DNA of 64,000 nucleotides from an uncultured Rikenellaceae bacterium (lineage in GTDB: Bacteria; Bacteroidota; Bacteroidia; Bacteroidales; Rikenellaceae). Shown in pieces: positions 1-10,236 of this stretch (positions are counted from its first letter, which is position 1; each line of letters starts with the position of its first letter). A program made the translations under genes and the position numbers. Location: assembly GCA_964370235.1 (NCBI GenBank), contig CAYJIL010000001.1, forward strand, positions 4,704 through 68,703. Reading direction: 5' to 3'. The notes beneath the pieces were generated by a model. It did no database searches, was not told the origin of the DNA, and saw only the letters and a program-made list of their open reading frames with translations.

Positions 1-173
1 GCCGCTTTCTCCTCTAGTGTCATGCGAGAAACAAGGTCGGCAACACGTTCATCTACCGAAAGAGATGAATTTTTGTATTTAGGGAGTTTGTTATCCCTCT
101 TTGCAGGAACTGCCATAGCCGTTAGAGAGCTAAGCAGTAGTAGCATTGTGGTAATTTTTTGATATTTTATCAT
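1..173 (-). CDS. Glycoside hydrolase family 3-like protein, N-terminal fragment (gene runs off the left edge)
   Basis: Manual reverse translation from CAT at 171-173 gives MIKYQKITTMLLLLSSLTAMAVPAKRDNKLPKYKNSSLSVDERVADLVSRMTLEEKA. This is a signal peptide followed by an SxxERVxDLxSRMTLEEK block typical of GH3 beta-glucosidase N-termini. It is too short for the ORF track. Confidence 0.5.
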   Translation of the reverse strand, partial: MIKYQKITTMLLLLSSLTAMAVPAKRDNKLPKYKNSSLSVDERVADLVSRMTLEEKA

Positions 174-383
174 GAATTCCAAATATTTAATTTTCACAAA
201 TGTAGAGAATCGAACAATAACCACAAAATACTTAGCGTAAAACAAACGATATGTGTAAGTAAATAGGTAAAAAATGCATTATTTTATAAGAATAAACGCT
301 ATCTAATAAATTAGAGCGTTTGTTTAGATATTTGGGGATAAAGTAATACCTTTACATTTTAAGAAATAGAGTTACCGAAGAAA

Positions 384-3191
384 ATGAGGATGAAAGAGAC
401 AATAGATATAGAGGGGGCAAAGGTTCATAACCTTAAGAATGTTACGCTGTCGATACCGCAAGGTGAGTTTACTGTTATTACAGGGCTATCGGGCAGTGGA
501 AAATCATCGCTAGCTTTTGATACTCTTTTTGCAGAGGGTCAAAGACGCTATGTCGAGAGCCTTTCGTCATATGCAAGGCAATTCTTGGGGCGTATTGCCA
601 AACCAAATGTCGATAATATTCGTGGCATAGCACCATCTATCGCTATTGAGCAAAAGGTGAGTAGCCGCAACCCACGTTCGACCGTAGGCACAACTACCGA
701 AGTGTATGACTATCTAAAGTTACTTTTTGCACGCATTGGTCGCATATATTCACCAATTAGTGGCAACGAAGTTGTTGCCGATACGCTAGAGAGCATATCG
801 GAGTATGCAATAGAGCTTGGCGAAGGTAGCCGACTAGTGGTAACCGCACCTTTTGTTGTAGCAGAAGGAGCATCGCCATTGGAGCATGTTACAAACATAC
901 TCGAAAATGGATATGATAGGTTTTACATAGACTCATCGGTTGTTTATATTGAAGAGGTAGTGCCCACTATCGAGGAGTATATGGCTAAAGCCGAGCTTCA
1001 GATTCTTATCGACCGCATGAGGGTCGATAGCTCCGAAGATGGTAAAATGCGCCTTGATGATGCAATATCACAAGCACTTGTGCTGGGCGAAGGCCGCATG
1101 CAACTCGAAGCAAACACAAAAGATGGCAACCATATTATAAGGGAGTTTTCTCAGGCACTCGAAGCAGATGGCATGAGCTTTGAGGCACCTAGCGAACATC
1201 TATTTAGCTTTAACAATCCATTTGGAGCATGCCCTCAGTGCCAAGGCTATGGCAAGGTAACGGGCATAGACGAAGATTTGGTAGTACCCGACAAAGACAA
1301 GAGCTTGTTCGAGGATGGTATAGCATGTTGGCGAGGCGACACGATGAAGTGGTGGAAAGAGCAAGTCATAGATTCGGCTGCTGCTAGTGGATTCCCCATA
1401 CATCGTCCATATTATAAACTATCGAGCAAAGAGCGCAAGGAGCTTTGGGGCGGAACAAGACATTTCAAAGGAATTGACCAATTCTTTGATTCGTTAAACA
1501 AAGAAAAATATAAGATTCAGTATAGAGTATTAATATCAAGATATACGGGTAAGCGCACTTGCCCAATGTGCGAAGGTGGGCGATTGAGGCCAGAGGCAAG
1601 CTACATAAAAGTGGGAGGATACCGCATTATGGAGCTAACCAATCTATCTATCGAGCGCTTGATCCCAATTATCGAGAAACTAGATATTACCCCACGTGAG
1701 TACAAGATTGCAGAGCGAATTATTGCCGAAATTTTGGCACGTCTACAATCACTATTTAACGTTGGTCTTAGCTACCTAACACTTTCTCGACTAAGCTCAT
1801 CACTATCGGGTGGCGAGAGCCAAAGGGTAAACTTAGCCACTTCGCTGTCGAGTTCGCTAGTAGGTGCAATGTATGTACTAGATGAGCCTAGTATTGGGCT
1901 ACACCCACGAGATAGCCAATTATTGATTGGAGTATTAAAGAGCCTGAGAGATGTTGGTAACACAGTAATAGTGGTTGAGCACGACGAAGAGATTATGCTA
2001 TCGGCAGATCACATTGTAGATATTGGCCCACTAGCAGGGGAGCATGGCGGAGAAGTGGTATTTGAGGGCAGCCCAAAATCATTAAAAAAAGCCAAAAATA
2101 GTTTAACGGCAGATTATCTTTTGGGACGCAAATCAATCCCTCGCCCACAAAAGTATCGTAGCGTTAAAGACAAGATAGAGATTAAAGGGGCAAGGCTCAA
2201 CAATCTACAAAGAGTAGACGTAGCATTCCCGCTAGGTATGCTATGCTCGGTAACAGGTGTGAGCGGTAGTGGCAAATCATCGCTTGTGCGAGGTGTGCTA
2301 TACCCTGCTCTATATAATCACTTTAACCTTGTAAAGAGTGGCAGCACCAACTACGACGAACTAAGTGGCGATATAAACAGAATAAAGGGTGTAGAGATGG
2401 TAGATCAAAACCCTATTGGGCGATCATCTCGCTCAAACCCAGTCACATATATTAAGGCATACGACGATATTAGAAAGCTATTTTCGGAACAACCATATGC
2501 CAAGATGAATAGCTTTACACCATCGCACTTCTCGTTTAACATTGCAGGAGGAAGATGTGACGAGTGCGAGGGCGAAGGAATAATACGTGTGAGCATGCAG
2601 TTTATGGCAGATGTCGAGATGACTTGTGAGTCGTGTGGAGGTCGCCGATTCAAGGATGATATACTAGAGGTAAAGTACAAAGGTCACTCGATTGATGATA
2701 TACTATCGCTATCGGTGAGCGAAGCAATCGCATTCTTTGAAAAGGGAGGTTCGTTACTCGAACGCAAAATTGTAGATAGGCTAAAGACTCTCGAAGCAGT
2801 GGGTTTGGGCTATGTTAGACTTGGGCAAAGCTCCTCTACCCTATCGGGTGGCGAGAGTCAAAGGGTAAAACTAGCATACTTTCTTACCAAAGAGGCAGGT
2901 TCGTCTAACATGCTATTCATATTTGACGAGCCAACCACGGGGCTACACTTTCACGATATAAACAAACTGCTCGACTCGTTTAATGCGCTCATAGCAAAAG
3001 GCCATTCGGTTATAGTTATCGAGCACAATATGGATGTTATAGCAGCATCGGACTATGTTATAGATCTTGGGCCCGAGGGTGGCGAAAAGGGTGGCGAAAT
3101 AGTGTTTTGTGGCACTCCCAAAGAGCTAAGTGAGTGCAAAAAAGGCTATACAGCAAACTTTCTTGCAAAAAACTTTGCAAATAAAAAATGA
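384..3191 (+). CDS. uvrA: Excinuclease ABC subunit A
   Basis: 935-aa ORF with two ABC modules (Walker A GLSGSGKSS and GVSGSGKSS, two LSGGESQRV signatures). Zinc-finger Cys pairs are present (CPQCQGYG, CPMCEGG, CDECEGEG, CESCGG). Full UvrA architecture. Confidence 0.97.
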   Translation: MRMKETIDIEGAKVHNLKNVTLSIPQGEFTVITGLSGSGKSSLAFDTLFAEGQRRYVESLSSYARQFLGRIAKPNVDNIRGIAPSIAIEQKVSSRNPRSTVGTTTEVYDYLKLLFARIGRIYSPISGNEVVADTLESISEYAIELGEGSRLVVTAPFVVAEGASPLEHVTNILENGYDRFYIDSSVVYIEEVVPTIEEYMAKAELQILIDRMRVDSSEDGKMRLDDAISQALVLGEGRMQLEANTKDGNHIIREFSQALEADGMSFEAPSEHLFSFNNPFGACPQCQGYGKVTGIDEDLVVPDKDKSLFEDGIACWRGDTMKWWKEQVIDSAAASGFPIHRPYYKLSSKERKELWGGTRHFKGIDQFFDSLNKEKYKIQYRVLISRYTGKRTCPMCEGGRLRPEASYIKVGGYRIMELTNLSIERLIPIIEKLDITPREYKIAERIIAEILARLQSLFNVGLSYLTLSRLSSSLSGGESQRVNLATSLSSSLVGAMYVLDEPSIGLHPRDSQLLIGVLKSLRDVGNTVIVVEHDEEIMLSADHIVDIGPLAGEHGGEVVFEGSPKSLKKAKNSLTADYLLGRKSIPRPQKYRSVKDKIEIKGARLNNLQRVDVAFPLGMLCSVTGVSGSGKSSLVRGVLYPALYNHFNLVKSGSTNYDELSGDINRIKGVEMVDQNPIGRSSRSNPVTYIKAYDDIRKLFSEQPYAKMNSFTPSHFSFNIAGGRCDECEGEGIIRVSMQFMADVEMTCESCGGRRFKDDILEVKYKGHSIDDILSLSVSEAIAFFEKGGSLLERKIVDRLKTLEAVGLGYVRLGQSSSTLSGGESQRVKLAYFLTKEAGSSNMLFIFDEPTTGLHFHDINKLLDSFNALIAKGHSVIVIEHNMDVIAASDYVIDLGPEGGEKGGEIVFCGTPKELSECKKGYTANFLAKNFANKK

Positions 3192-3196
3192 AAAGA

Positions 3197-3204
3197 TAAC
3201 TTTG
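3197..3204 (+). promoter_or_regulatory. Candidate Bacteroidota -7 promoter box (TAACTTTG) for korAB
   Basis: Matches TAnnTTTG. It lies 126 nt upstream of the korA ATG. Confidence 0.4.
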
Positions 3205-3330
3205 ACGCTTGATTCTAGCCATAACATCAGATTCGCATTACAAGATAGAAGCTGAGAGGTTAAAATTCAAGCCTATTATAACATTGTATTATTTACTACA
3301 CCCGTTGTGTGGTGAACAAAGATTAAAAGT

Positions 3331-5184
3331 ATGGATACTAAACAAGGGAGAACGTTATCGAATGTGGTAATACGCTTCTCAGGAGACTCTGGTGATGGCA
3401 TGCAGATGACCGGAGCAATGTTCTCAGAAACCTCAGCCCTAATCGGTAATGGTATCTCAACATTCCCCGATTTTCCTTCTGAAATTCGTGCTCCACAAGG
3501 AACGGTAAGCGGTGTTTCGGGCTTTCAATTGCACTTTGCAAACTACATTGTAGAGACACCGGGCGACATGTGCGATGCACTTGTAGCAATGAATCCAGCC
3601 GCTCTAAAAGCAAATGCACAGTGGCTAAAGCGTAGCGCAACAATTATTTGCGACATCGACAACTTTACCGACAAAACAATTGCAAAGGCAGGCTTTGCGA
3701 CCGACAACCCTTTCAAAGAACTTGGGATAGAGGATTACAATATTGTATATGCTCCCATTTCTTCGATGACAAAAGAGGCAGTGTCAGCTGTCGAGGGGCT
3801 AGACAACCGAAGTGCAGCTAAGTGTAAGAATATGTTTGCACTAGGTGTGTGTTACTCGCTGTATAACCTACCTGTCGAGCACACCGAGGCGGTGCTAAAG
3901 CGCAAATTCTCATCTAAACCAGCAATACTAGAGGCAAACCTTTTGGCACTAAGCGGAGGTATTAACTATGCCAACAACACACATATATTTGCCGATACAT
4001 ATTTTGTTGAACCAGCGGTTCTCGAAAAAGGAAAGTATCGCAACATTAACGGTAATCAAGCAACTGCTTGGGGACTTATTGCAGCGGCCGAGAAGAGTGG
4101 CAGACCACTTTTCTGTGGATCATACCCAATTACTCCTGCTACTGCAATTCTAGAGGAGCTAGCAAAGCGCAAAGACTTGGGTGTAAAAACACTACAAGCC
4201 GAGGACGAGATTGCAGGTATTTGTACAGCAATTGGTGCTGCGTATGCTGGTAACCTTGCTGTTACTACAACATCGGGGCCAGGACTTTCGCTAAAGAGCG
4301 AGGCACTAGGTCTTTCGGTAATGACCGAGCTACCTCTTGTGGTTGTAAACGTACAACGTGGTGGCCCATCAACAGGTCTACCAACAAAGACCGAGCAGAG
4401 CGACCTTTACCAAGCACTATGGGGTCGTAATGGTGAGTGTCCTATGGTTGTAATGGCTGCATCTACTCCATCGGACTGTTTCCACTATGCATTTTGGGCA
4501 GCAAAGATATCGCTAGAGCACATGACTCCAGTAATGCTATTAACAGATGGTTTTATTGCTAACGGTTCTCAGCCTTGGCGCATACCATCAATGGCAGACT
4601 ATCCGTCTATTACTCCGCCAGTTATTACAGAAGCACCAGAGGGTGGCTATCTGCCATATAAGAGAGACGAGAAGCGTTTGGCTCGTTCGTGGGCACTACC
4701 AGGAACAAAGGGCGTAGAGCACCGAGTAGGTGGACTAGAAAAAGATTTTGTAAAGGGTAGTATATCACACGATGCACTCAACCACCAAAAGATGGTAGAT
4801 GTTCGTGCTGCCAAAGTTGCAAGAGTAGCAGACTTTATTCCTGCTCCAAAGCTAGAGGGTTCTAGCGAGGGTGGCAAGCTACTTGTAGTTGGATGGGGAG
4901 GTACTTATGGCCACCTATCTGCAACAGTAGCGGCTATGCGTAGCGAGGGTAAAGATATAACGCTTTGCCACTTTAACTACATTAATCCGCTACCAAATGG
5001 TACAGCTGAACTATTTGCTAAGTATGATAAAATTGTGGTTTGTGAGCTAAATATGGGTCAGTTTGCAGCATATCTGCGCACCGAGCTACACAACATTAGC
5101 CTATACCAATACAACAAGGTGCAGGGTCAGCCATTTACACAAATGGAACTTACAGCAGCCTTTGAAGAGTTATTAGCCGAGTAA
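3331..5184 (+). CDS. korA: 2-oxoglutarate/2-oxoacid:ferredoxin oxidoreductase, fused gamma-alpha subunit
   Basis: 617-aa ORF with an N-terminal gamma-like block (RFSGDSGDGMQ) and an alpha-domain YPITPAT motif. The beta subunit follows 7 nt downstream. Confidence 0.88.
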   Translation: MDTKQGRTLSNVVIRFSGDSGDGMQMTGAMFSETSALIGNGISTFPDFPSEIRAPQGTVSGVSGFQLHFANYIVETPGDMCDALVAMNPAALKANAQWLKRSATIICDIDNFTDKTIAKAGFATDNPFKELGIEDYNIVYAPISSMTKEAVSAVEGLDNRSAAKCKNMFALGVCYSLYNLPVEHTEAVLKRKFSSKPAILEANLLALSGGINYANNTHIFADTYFVEPAVLEKGKYRNINGNQATAWGLIAAAEKSGRPLFCGSYPITPATAILEELAKRKDLGVKTLQAEDEIAGICTAIGAAYAGNLAVTTTSGPGLSLKSEALGLSVMTELPLVVVNVQRGGPSTGLPTKTEQSDLYQALWGRNGECPMVVMAASTPSDCFHYAFWAAKISLEHMTPVMLLTDGFIANGSQPWRIPSMADYPSITPPVITEAPEGGYLPYKRDEKRLARSWALPGTKGVEHRVGGLEKDFVKGSISHDALNHQKMVDVRAAKVARVADFIPAPKLEGSSEGGKLLVVGWGGTYGHLSATVAAMRSEGKDITLCHFNYINPLPNGTAELFAKYDKIVVCELNMGQFAAYLRTELHNISLYQYNKVQGQPFTQMELTAAFEELLAE

Positions 5185-5191
5185 TAGAATT

Positions 5192-6223
5192 ATGGAAAAT
5201 AAGGGATTAAAATATACACCTGCCGATTTCAAGAGCGATCAGGAGGTGAAATGGTGCCCCGGATGTGGTAACCACGCAATTTTGAATGCAGTGCAAAAGG
5301 CTCTGCCCGAAGTGGCTGCACTTAGAGGCTATGAGCAACAACAATTCACGTTTGTTTCGGGTATTGGTTGTTCGTCTCGCTTCCCATACTATATGCACAC
5401 CTTTGGTTTTCATGGCATACACGGTCGTGCTGCTGCCATAGCTACGGGTGTAAAGGTAGCAAACCCCGAACTTACCGTTTGGCAAGTATCGGGCGATGGC
5501 GATGCACTAGCGATTGGTGGTAATCACTTTATACACGCTGTTCGTCGTAACATCGATATTAACATTTTGCTTTTCAATAACGAGATATATGGTCTTACCA
5601 AAGGACAATACTCGCCAACTTCTAAGCTAGGAAAGGTGACTAAAACTTCGCCATTTGGCACAGTTGAGCACCCATTCTCGCCAGGTGAGCTTGTTCTAGG
5701 TGCTCGTGGTACGTTCTACGCTCGCTCTATCGACGTAGATATTAACCTTACCAAAGAGTGTTTTGTTGAGTCGGCCGAGCACGATGGTACTTCGGTAGTT
5801 GAAATTATGCAAAACTGTCCTATCTTTAACGATAAGACACACGATATTTTCACTAACAAAGAGTTACGTGCCGATCGCACAATAGTTCTTCGCCATGGCG
5901 AGCCTATGCTATTTGGCAAGAACAAAGACAAAGGGCTTGTACTTGAGGGCTTGGGTCTAAAGGTAATTACTGTTGGCGAAGGTGGCTGGACACTAGACGA
6001 TGTATTGGTACACGACAAGTATCGTTACAAGCCGGGGGTTCACATGATGCTTGTTAACATGAAACCACCACACTTCCCTGTTGCACTAGGCGTTATTCGC
6101 AAGGTAAAAGACTCGACTTATGACGACAACGTTAGAGATCAGGTTTTAGCTGTTAAAGAGAGCGGAAAGATTAAGTGTATGGATGATCTACTTGCAAGCG
6201 GCGATGTTTGGGAGGTAGAGTAA
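5192..6223 (+). CDS. korB: 2-oxoglutarate/2-oxoacid:ferredoxin oxidoreductase, beta (TPP-binding) subunit
   Basis: 343-aa ORF with CPGCGNH, GIGCSSR and GDGD TPP-binding motifs. Tightly coupled to korA. Confidence 0.88.
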   Translation: MENKGLKYTPADFKSDQEVKWCPGCGNHAILNAVQKALPEVAALRGYEQQQFTFVSGIGCSSRFPYYMHTFGFHGIHGRAAAIATGVKVANPELTVWQVSGDGDALAIGGNHFIHAVRRNIDINILLFNNEIYGLTKGQYSPTSKLGKVTKTSPFGTVEHPFSPGELVLGARGTFYARSIDVDINLTKECFVESAEHDGTSVVEIMQNCPIFNDKTHDIFTNKELRADRTIVLRHGEPMLFGKNKDKGLVLEGLGLKVITVGEGGWTLDDVLVHDKYRYKPGVHMMLVNMKPPHFPVALGVIRKVKDSTYDDNVRDQVLAVKESGKIKCMDDLLASGDVWEVE

Positions 6224-6243
6224 ACCACAACTCTTATAAATAC

Positions 6244-6279
6244 AAAAAATAGGGTGTCATTGCGACACCCTATTTTTTA
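6244..6279. terminator. Bidirectional rho-independent terminator (korB / SGNH-like gene)
   Basis: A-run, then 10-bp stem ATAGGGTGTC / GACACCCTAT with loop ATTGC, then a T-run. It sits between convergent genes. Confidence 0.8.
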
Positions 6280-6389
6280 TGATTATTGTTACTTGACAGA
6301 AACCTAAACCACACCTATTCATTATATTTTGAACGAGTTACACAAACCTTCATGATAGCGAACAGGGCCTAAAAAGAAGGTTCTTGATT

Positions 6390-8084
6390 TTACATAGAAA
6401 CACTATCGTCACCAATGCCCAGTGTCGTATCACGAGCTATTTGCTCCTCAATTTCACGAACAATAGAGTCGGGAACAGTAACTTCGTAATGAGCAGTATC
6501 AATGGCAATAGAATCGAACAGTAACTCTGCTGTATCTGTCGGTTCGCCATTTGAATTATTAACACTATCACTAGTTACCGAAATAGCTAGTGGTTCTGCC
6601 TTGGGAGATTCGGCAGTGCCATTTGCCGATGCCGAAAGTGCAATAGCAGATGCCAATTGGCGACCAATATATCGCCCACCGCTATAACTTAGGTGGGTAT
6701 AGTCCTTGGCTGCCATACCATCCTCAACCATAGAGATTATGCCTCCAATGTTTTGCATCACAGCACGTGTGTCCCAAAACATTACTCCACAACTATCGGC
6801 AGCAGCTCGCTGAGTGCCAACCATTGCAGAAAGCACATGGGCATGGGCATGTGGGTCGTCAACCACAAACGCACGATCGCCTACTCCCATAACCAAAACT
6901 GAGGCATTGGGGAAACATCGGCTCATATATTTTATTAGGCGAATCAAACCCGACTCATAGTAATCATATCCAGCAACATCCTTGGTCATTACATTTAGAC
7001 CATACTGCAAAATTATCATGTCGTAGCCCAATAAATCGTCAATTTGGCGAGATGTGGTGTAATCGCTCGACAGTAGCGGCAAACCACTACTACCACGCTG
7101 CGAAAAATTATCGACCGTAACACCATATTTGCTCTCAAAAGATACCCCATAACCCAAGAACTGCTCATCGCCTTGCACCGTAACCTCAATCTCGTTCATT
7201 AAACCATCAATTACCACCTCTTGTATGCTAGCCGAAGGCACAGGCACAAAGTTATAGTCTAGCGAATCGTTAACACGCAGTGTTATTTTGCTTGGACTAG
7301 GGCTTTTGAACACTACCCTAGCACGATAGAACTTTGAACTCCCCTTGCGATAGTGTGTTGTTTTATAGTGCGATGTAGCTTTTTTGCTTTGAATTGTTGC
7401 GATTGACCCCGAAGGCGAAAAATGACCCCGAAGAGAATCACCCTCTGAATTATGTTTGGTAATGGTGTGAAGTTGCCAACCCGAATGCTCGAACTTTTGT
7501 GTTGGTAAGGCAGCCGAAAATGGGCTAGCAAATGGTAGCATGCCCACTCCAGAGCCACCAAAGGCCTTTTGTAGCGATTCTCGAAGGTCGCACGTGAGAA
7601 TATCGCTCTCGACAAAAGAATCCCCCAAAAAAGCAATGCGCACCCTATCACCAGCCGATAGCTTATCTCGCAAGGCTGCAATTTTGTCGCCTTCGCCATA
7701 GTTCTCGATGGGGAGTGCCGACTTCTTAATATCTGATTTAGATTTGGTAGCCAACTTTGCTTCCTGCTCTAGGGCAGATGGTGTGAGGTTAGACGATTTT
7801 GATATTGCACTGCTTTTCGATGCCTGCAAAAGACTATCGGCACGCTGAGCAGCAATCATTTGCTCATTGAATAGCGAATCGGCAGTGGCAGCCTCTTGGC
7901 TAGAGACAACTTGTTCTTGCAGCTGAACGCTATCTTTGAATGTATAAATATCTGATAGGATATTGGCACGCCTAAGCGATATACCCCCAATAGAAGATGG
8001 TGGTATAAGTGATATTATTAATAATACTAAGGCTACCGCAAGGGTCATGACCCAAGGGTAGCCTACAAAGTTACGTCTATCCAT
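6390..8084 (-). CDS. Membrane-anchored SGNH/GDSL-like hydrolase family protein (function unknown)
   Basis: 564-aa ORF with an N-terminal TM helix (VMTLAVALVLLIISLIPP) and a Ser/Ala-rich linker. It has block I FLGDSF, a C-proximal DYTHLS (DxxH) and an acidic tail. Confidence 0.6.
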   Translation of the reverse strand: MDRRNFVGYPWVMTLAVALVLLIISLIPPSSIGGISLRRANILSDIYTFKDSVQLQEQVVSSQEAATADSLFNEQMIAAQRADSLLQASKSSAISKSSNLTPSALEQEAKLATKSKSDIKKSALPIENYGEGDKIAALRDKLSAGDRVRIAFLGDSFVESDILTCDLRESLQKAFGGSGVGMLPFASPFSAALPTQKFEHSGWQLHTITKHNSEGDSLRGHFSPSGSIATIQSKKATSHYKTTHYRKGSSKFYRARVVFKSPSPSKITLRVNDSLDYNFVPVPSASIQEVVIDGLMNEIEVTVQGDEQFLGYGVSFESKYGVTVDNFSQRGSSGLPLLSSDYTTSRQIDDLLGYDMIILQYGLNVMTKDVAGYDYYESGLIRLIKYMSRCFPNASVLVMGVGDRAFVVDDPHAHAHVLSAMVGTQRAAADSCGVMFWDTRAVMQNIGGIISMVEDGMAAKDYTHLSYSGGRYIGRQLASAIALSASANGTAESPKAEPLAISVTSDSVNNSNGEPTDTAELLFDSIAIDTAHYEVTVPDSIVREIEEQIARDTTLGIGDDSVSM

Positions 8085-8104
8085 AGATACTCATTTACAG
8101 TTTG

Positions 8105-8112
8105 CAAAGATA
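8105..8112 (-). promoter_or_regulatory. Candidate -7 box (TATCTTTG) for the SGNH-like gene
   Basis: Reverse complement of CAAAGATA. It lies 20 nt upstream of the ATG at 8084. Confidence 0.45.
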
Positions 8113-8162
8113 AAAATTTATCTGTTTGCTAAAAAGGTGCTGAGTATAATTTAAACAAATAG

Positions 8163-9623
8163 TTAAATCTCTCGACGAAGCCTCGAAACCGGAATATCCA
8201 ACATTTCACGATATTTTGCCACAGTACGGCGTGCTATCTGATAACCTCTGTCGTTTAATATTAACATTAGTGCCTCGTCGGTTAGTGGCTTGTGCTTATC
8301 TTCGTTGTCGACATATTCTCGCAAGATAGATTTTATCTCTCGTGACGATACCTCCTCGCCAGTGTCGGTGTGCATAGCCTCCGAAAAGAAGTACTTAAGC
8401 AAGAAGATACCAAACGGTGTTTGTATATACTTGCTGTTCACCACTCGTGATATAGTAGATACATCGAGCGCAGTAGCCTCGGCAATATCTTTTAATATCA
8501 TAGGGCGTAGCTTGGTTTCATCACCATCTTTGAAATAGTCTTGCTGAAAATCGACTATTGCATTCATAGTTAGCAACATGGTAGCATTTCGCTGCTTAAT
8601 TGCCGACATAAACCATCGAGCCGATTCTATTTTTTGACGAATAAATTGCGATGCTTGGCGGTTGCTTTTGTGCTCTGGGCTTCGGCCTCGCTTGCTTGCT
8701 GCCGACATATCTTCGAGCATGCGAACATAACTGCTATTAATACGCATTGGAGGCAGGTTACTCTTGTTGAGAGTAATCTCTAGCTCGTCGTTGCTATTAT
8801 CGAGAATAAAGTCGGGTGTAATCTGTATGGTTGGTTCGCTCTGCTTATTCTCGTTGTATAGGTTGGCTGGTTTTGGCGATAGCGATGTAATGATGGTTAC
8901 AGCATCTTTGAAATCGCTATTCTCTACCCCCATACGAGATATTATCTTGTCGAAATGGCGTTTAGCAAAATCGTCAAAATGGTTGGTTAGAATATCTTTG
9001 GCTAACCTAACATCGCTAGTTTGCTCGTGGCTATCTAGCTGCAATAGCAGAGCCTCTCGCAGGTCTCTTGCACAAATACCCACGGGCTCAAAGGTTTGTA
9101 TAATCTTTAGCAAACGTTCTATTTCGTCGCAACTAGCATCGATTCCAACATTAAATGCCAAATCATCGGATATGCTCTGTAAATCACGTCTAAGGTAACC
9201 ATCGCTATCGAGACTACCAATTATGAAATTACCAATTGCCAAATCATAATCGCTTAACCCTTGGTATGAAAGTTGTTCCGACAAATGTTCGCTCAGCGAT
9301 AGCCCATCAGAAAGTGGAATAACGCTATGTTTATCGTCTGCCGAATAGTTATTTATATTAAGACGATAGGATGGTGTCTCCTCTCGTTTCACAAAATCAT
9401 CAATTGTAACCTTAGCATGCGAGCTATCTGCCTGAGCAAACTCGTCATCCTTGGTAGATGTGCTAGCCTCATCAATATCTAAGACAGGATTTTCTTCGAT
9501 CTCCTGCTTTATACGCTGCTCCAACAACACCGAAGGTAGTTCGAGAAGCTTTATCATCTGGATCTGCTGAGGCGACAACTTCTGCGACAATCGCTGAATT
9601 TGGCTTGTTGCTAATCTACTCAT
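8163..9623 (-). CDS. rpoN: RNA polymerase sigma-54 factor
   Basis: 486-aa ORF with a Gln/Leu-rich region I (QIQRLSQKLSPQQIQMIKLLELP) and the C-terminal RpoN box ARRTVAKYR. Confidence 0.95.
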   Translation of the reverse strand: MSRLATSQIQRLSQKLSPQQIQMIKLLELPSVLLEQRIKQEIEENPVLDIDEASTSTKDDEFAQADSSHAKVTIDDFVKREETPSYRLNINNYSADDKHSVIPLSDGLSLSEHLSEQLSYQGLSDYDLAIGNFIIGSLDSDGYLRRDLQSISDDLAFNVGIDASCDEIERLLKIIQTFEPVGICARDLREALLLQLDSHEQTSDVRLAKDILTNHFDDFAKRHFDKIISRMGVENSDFKDAVTIITSLSPKPANLYNENKQSEPTIQITPDFILDNSNDELEITLNKSNLPPMRINSSYVRMLEDMSAASKRGRSPEHKSNRQASQFIRQKIESARWFMSAIKQRNATMLLTMNAIVDFQQDYFKDGDETKLRPMILKDIAEATALDVSTISRVVNSKYIQTPFGIFLLKYFFSEAMHTDTGEEVSSREIKSILREYVDNEDKHKPLTDEALMLILNDRGYQIARRTVAKYREMLDIPVSRLRREI

Positions 9624-9758
9624 CCTTTTGAAGCTTTATTGATTGAATTAATATTTTAGTTTTAATAAGCTAGCCTTAGCCATATTGAATAGTGTTTAAA
9701 ACAAATGTCGTGTAGTTAATAAGGCAGATAGTTTGTTGTTATTTGCCATCAACAAACA

Positions 9759-10235
9759 CTACAAATTGATTTTAACACTATCGACCAAAGGCATTAACAG
9801 CGTATCGGGAACTAGTAGGCTCGTTGTAAGAGACGAGAGAGAGTCGCTAGCAAAGTTGGTCATATTTACCTTGATGGGGACAACAAACGAGGTTGGGTAC
9901 TCGTCTTTGAGTGCACCCCAAAGCATAATTGCCTCCTCTTTTGTGAGGTACTGCCCCACTGTTATTTTAAAGTATGGCGAATCATATACAAGATCTAGCC
10001 CAACATTAGGGTAATCTTCTTTAAACTTTTCGGCAATTTCGCTACTCTTTGTACGTGCATCTTGGCTATTATCCGAGAATATACGCACACTATATGCCTG
10101 AACTTGTGCCTCTTCGCTAGCCGATTCGGGCACTATCATAACATTAGAGCTAATTGATAACACACCCTCTTGACCATATACGTTTACTGCAAATAGTGAC
10201 AGCACCACAAGCACTACACATCTCAAAATCATCAT
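9759..10235 (-). CDS. SPOR domain-containing exported protein
   Basis: 158-aa ORF with a signal peptide. A C-terminal SPOR-like block is present (YSVRIFSDNSQDARTKSSEIAEKFKEDYP...YFKITVGQYLTKEEA). Confidence 0.7.
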   Translation of the reverse strand: MMILRCVVLVVLSLFAVNVYGQEGVLSISSNVMIVPESASEEAQVQAYSVRIFSDNSQDARTKSSEIAEKFKEDYPNVGLDLVYDSPYFKITVGQYLTKEEAIMLWGALKDEYPTSFVVPIKVNMTNFASDSLSSLTTSLLVPDTLLMPLVDSVKINL

Positions 10236-10236
10236 A

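Noticed and set aside
9733-10014. 93-aa plus-strand ORF opposite the SPOR gene
   Set aside because: It lies antisense to a gene with a clear signal peptide and SPOR domain. It starts in the rpoN-SPOR spacer without a promoter box, and its translation is featureless.
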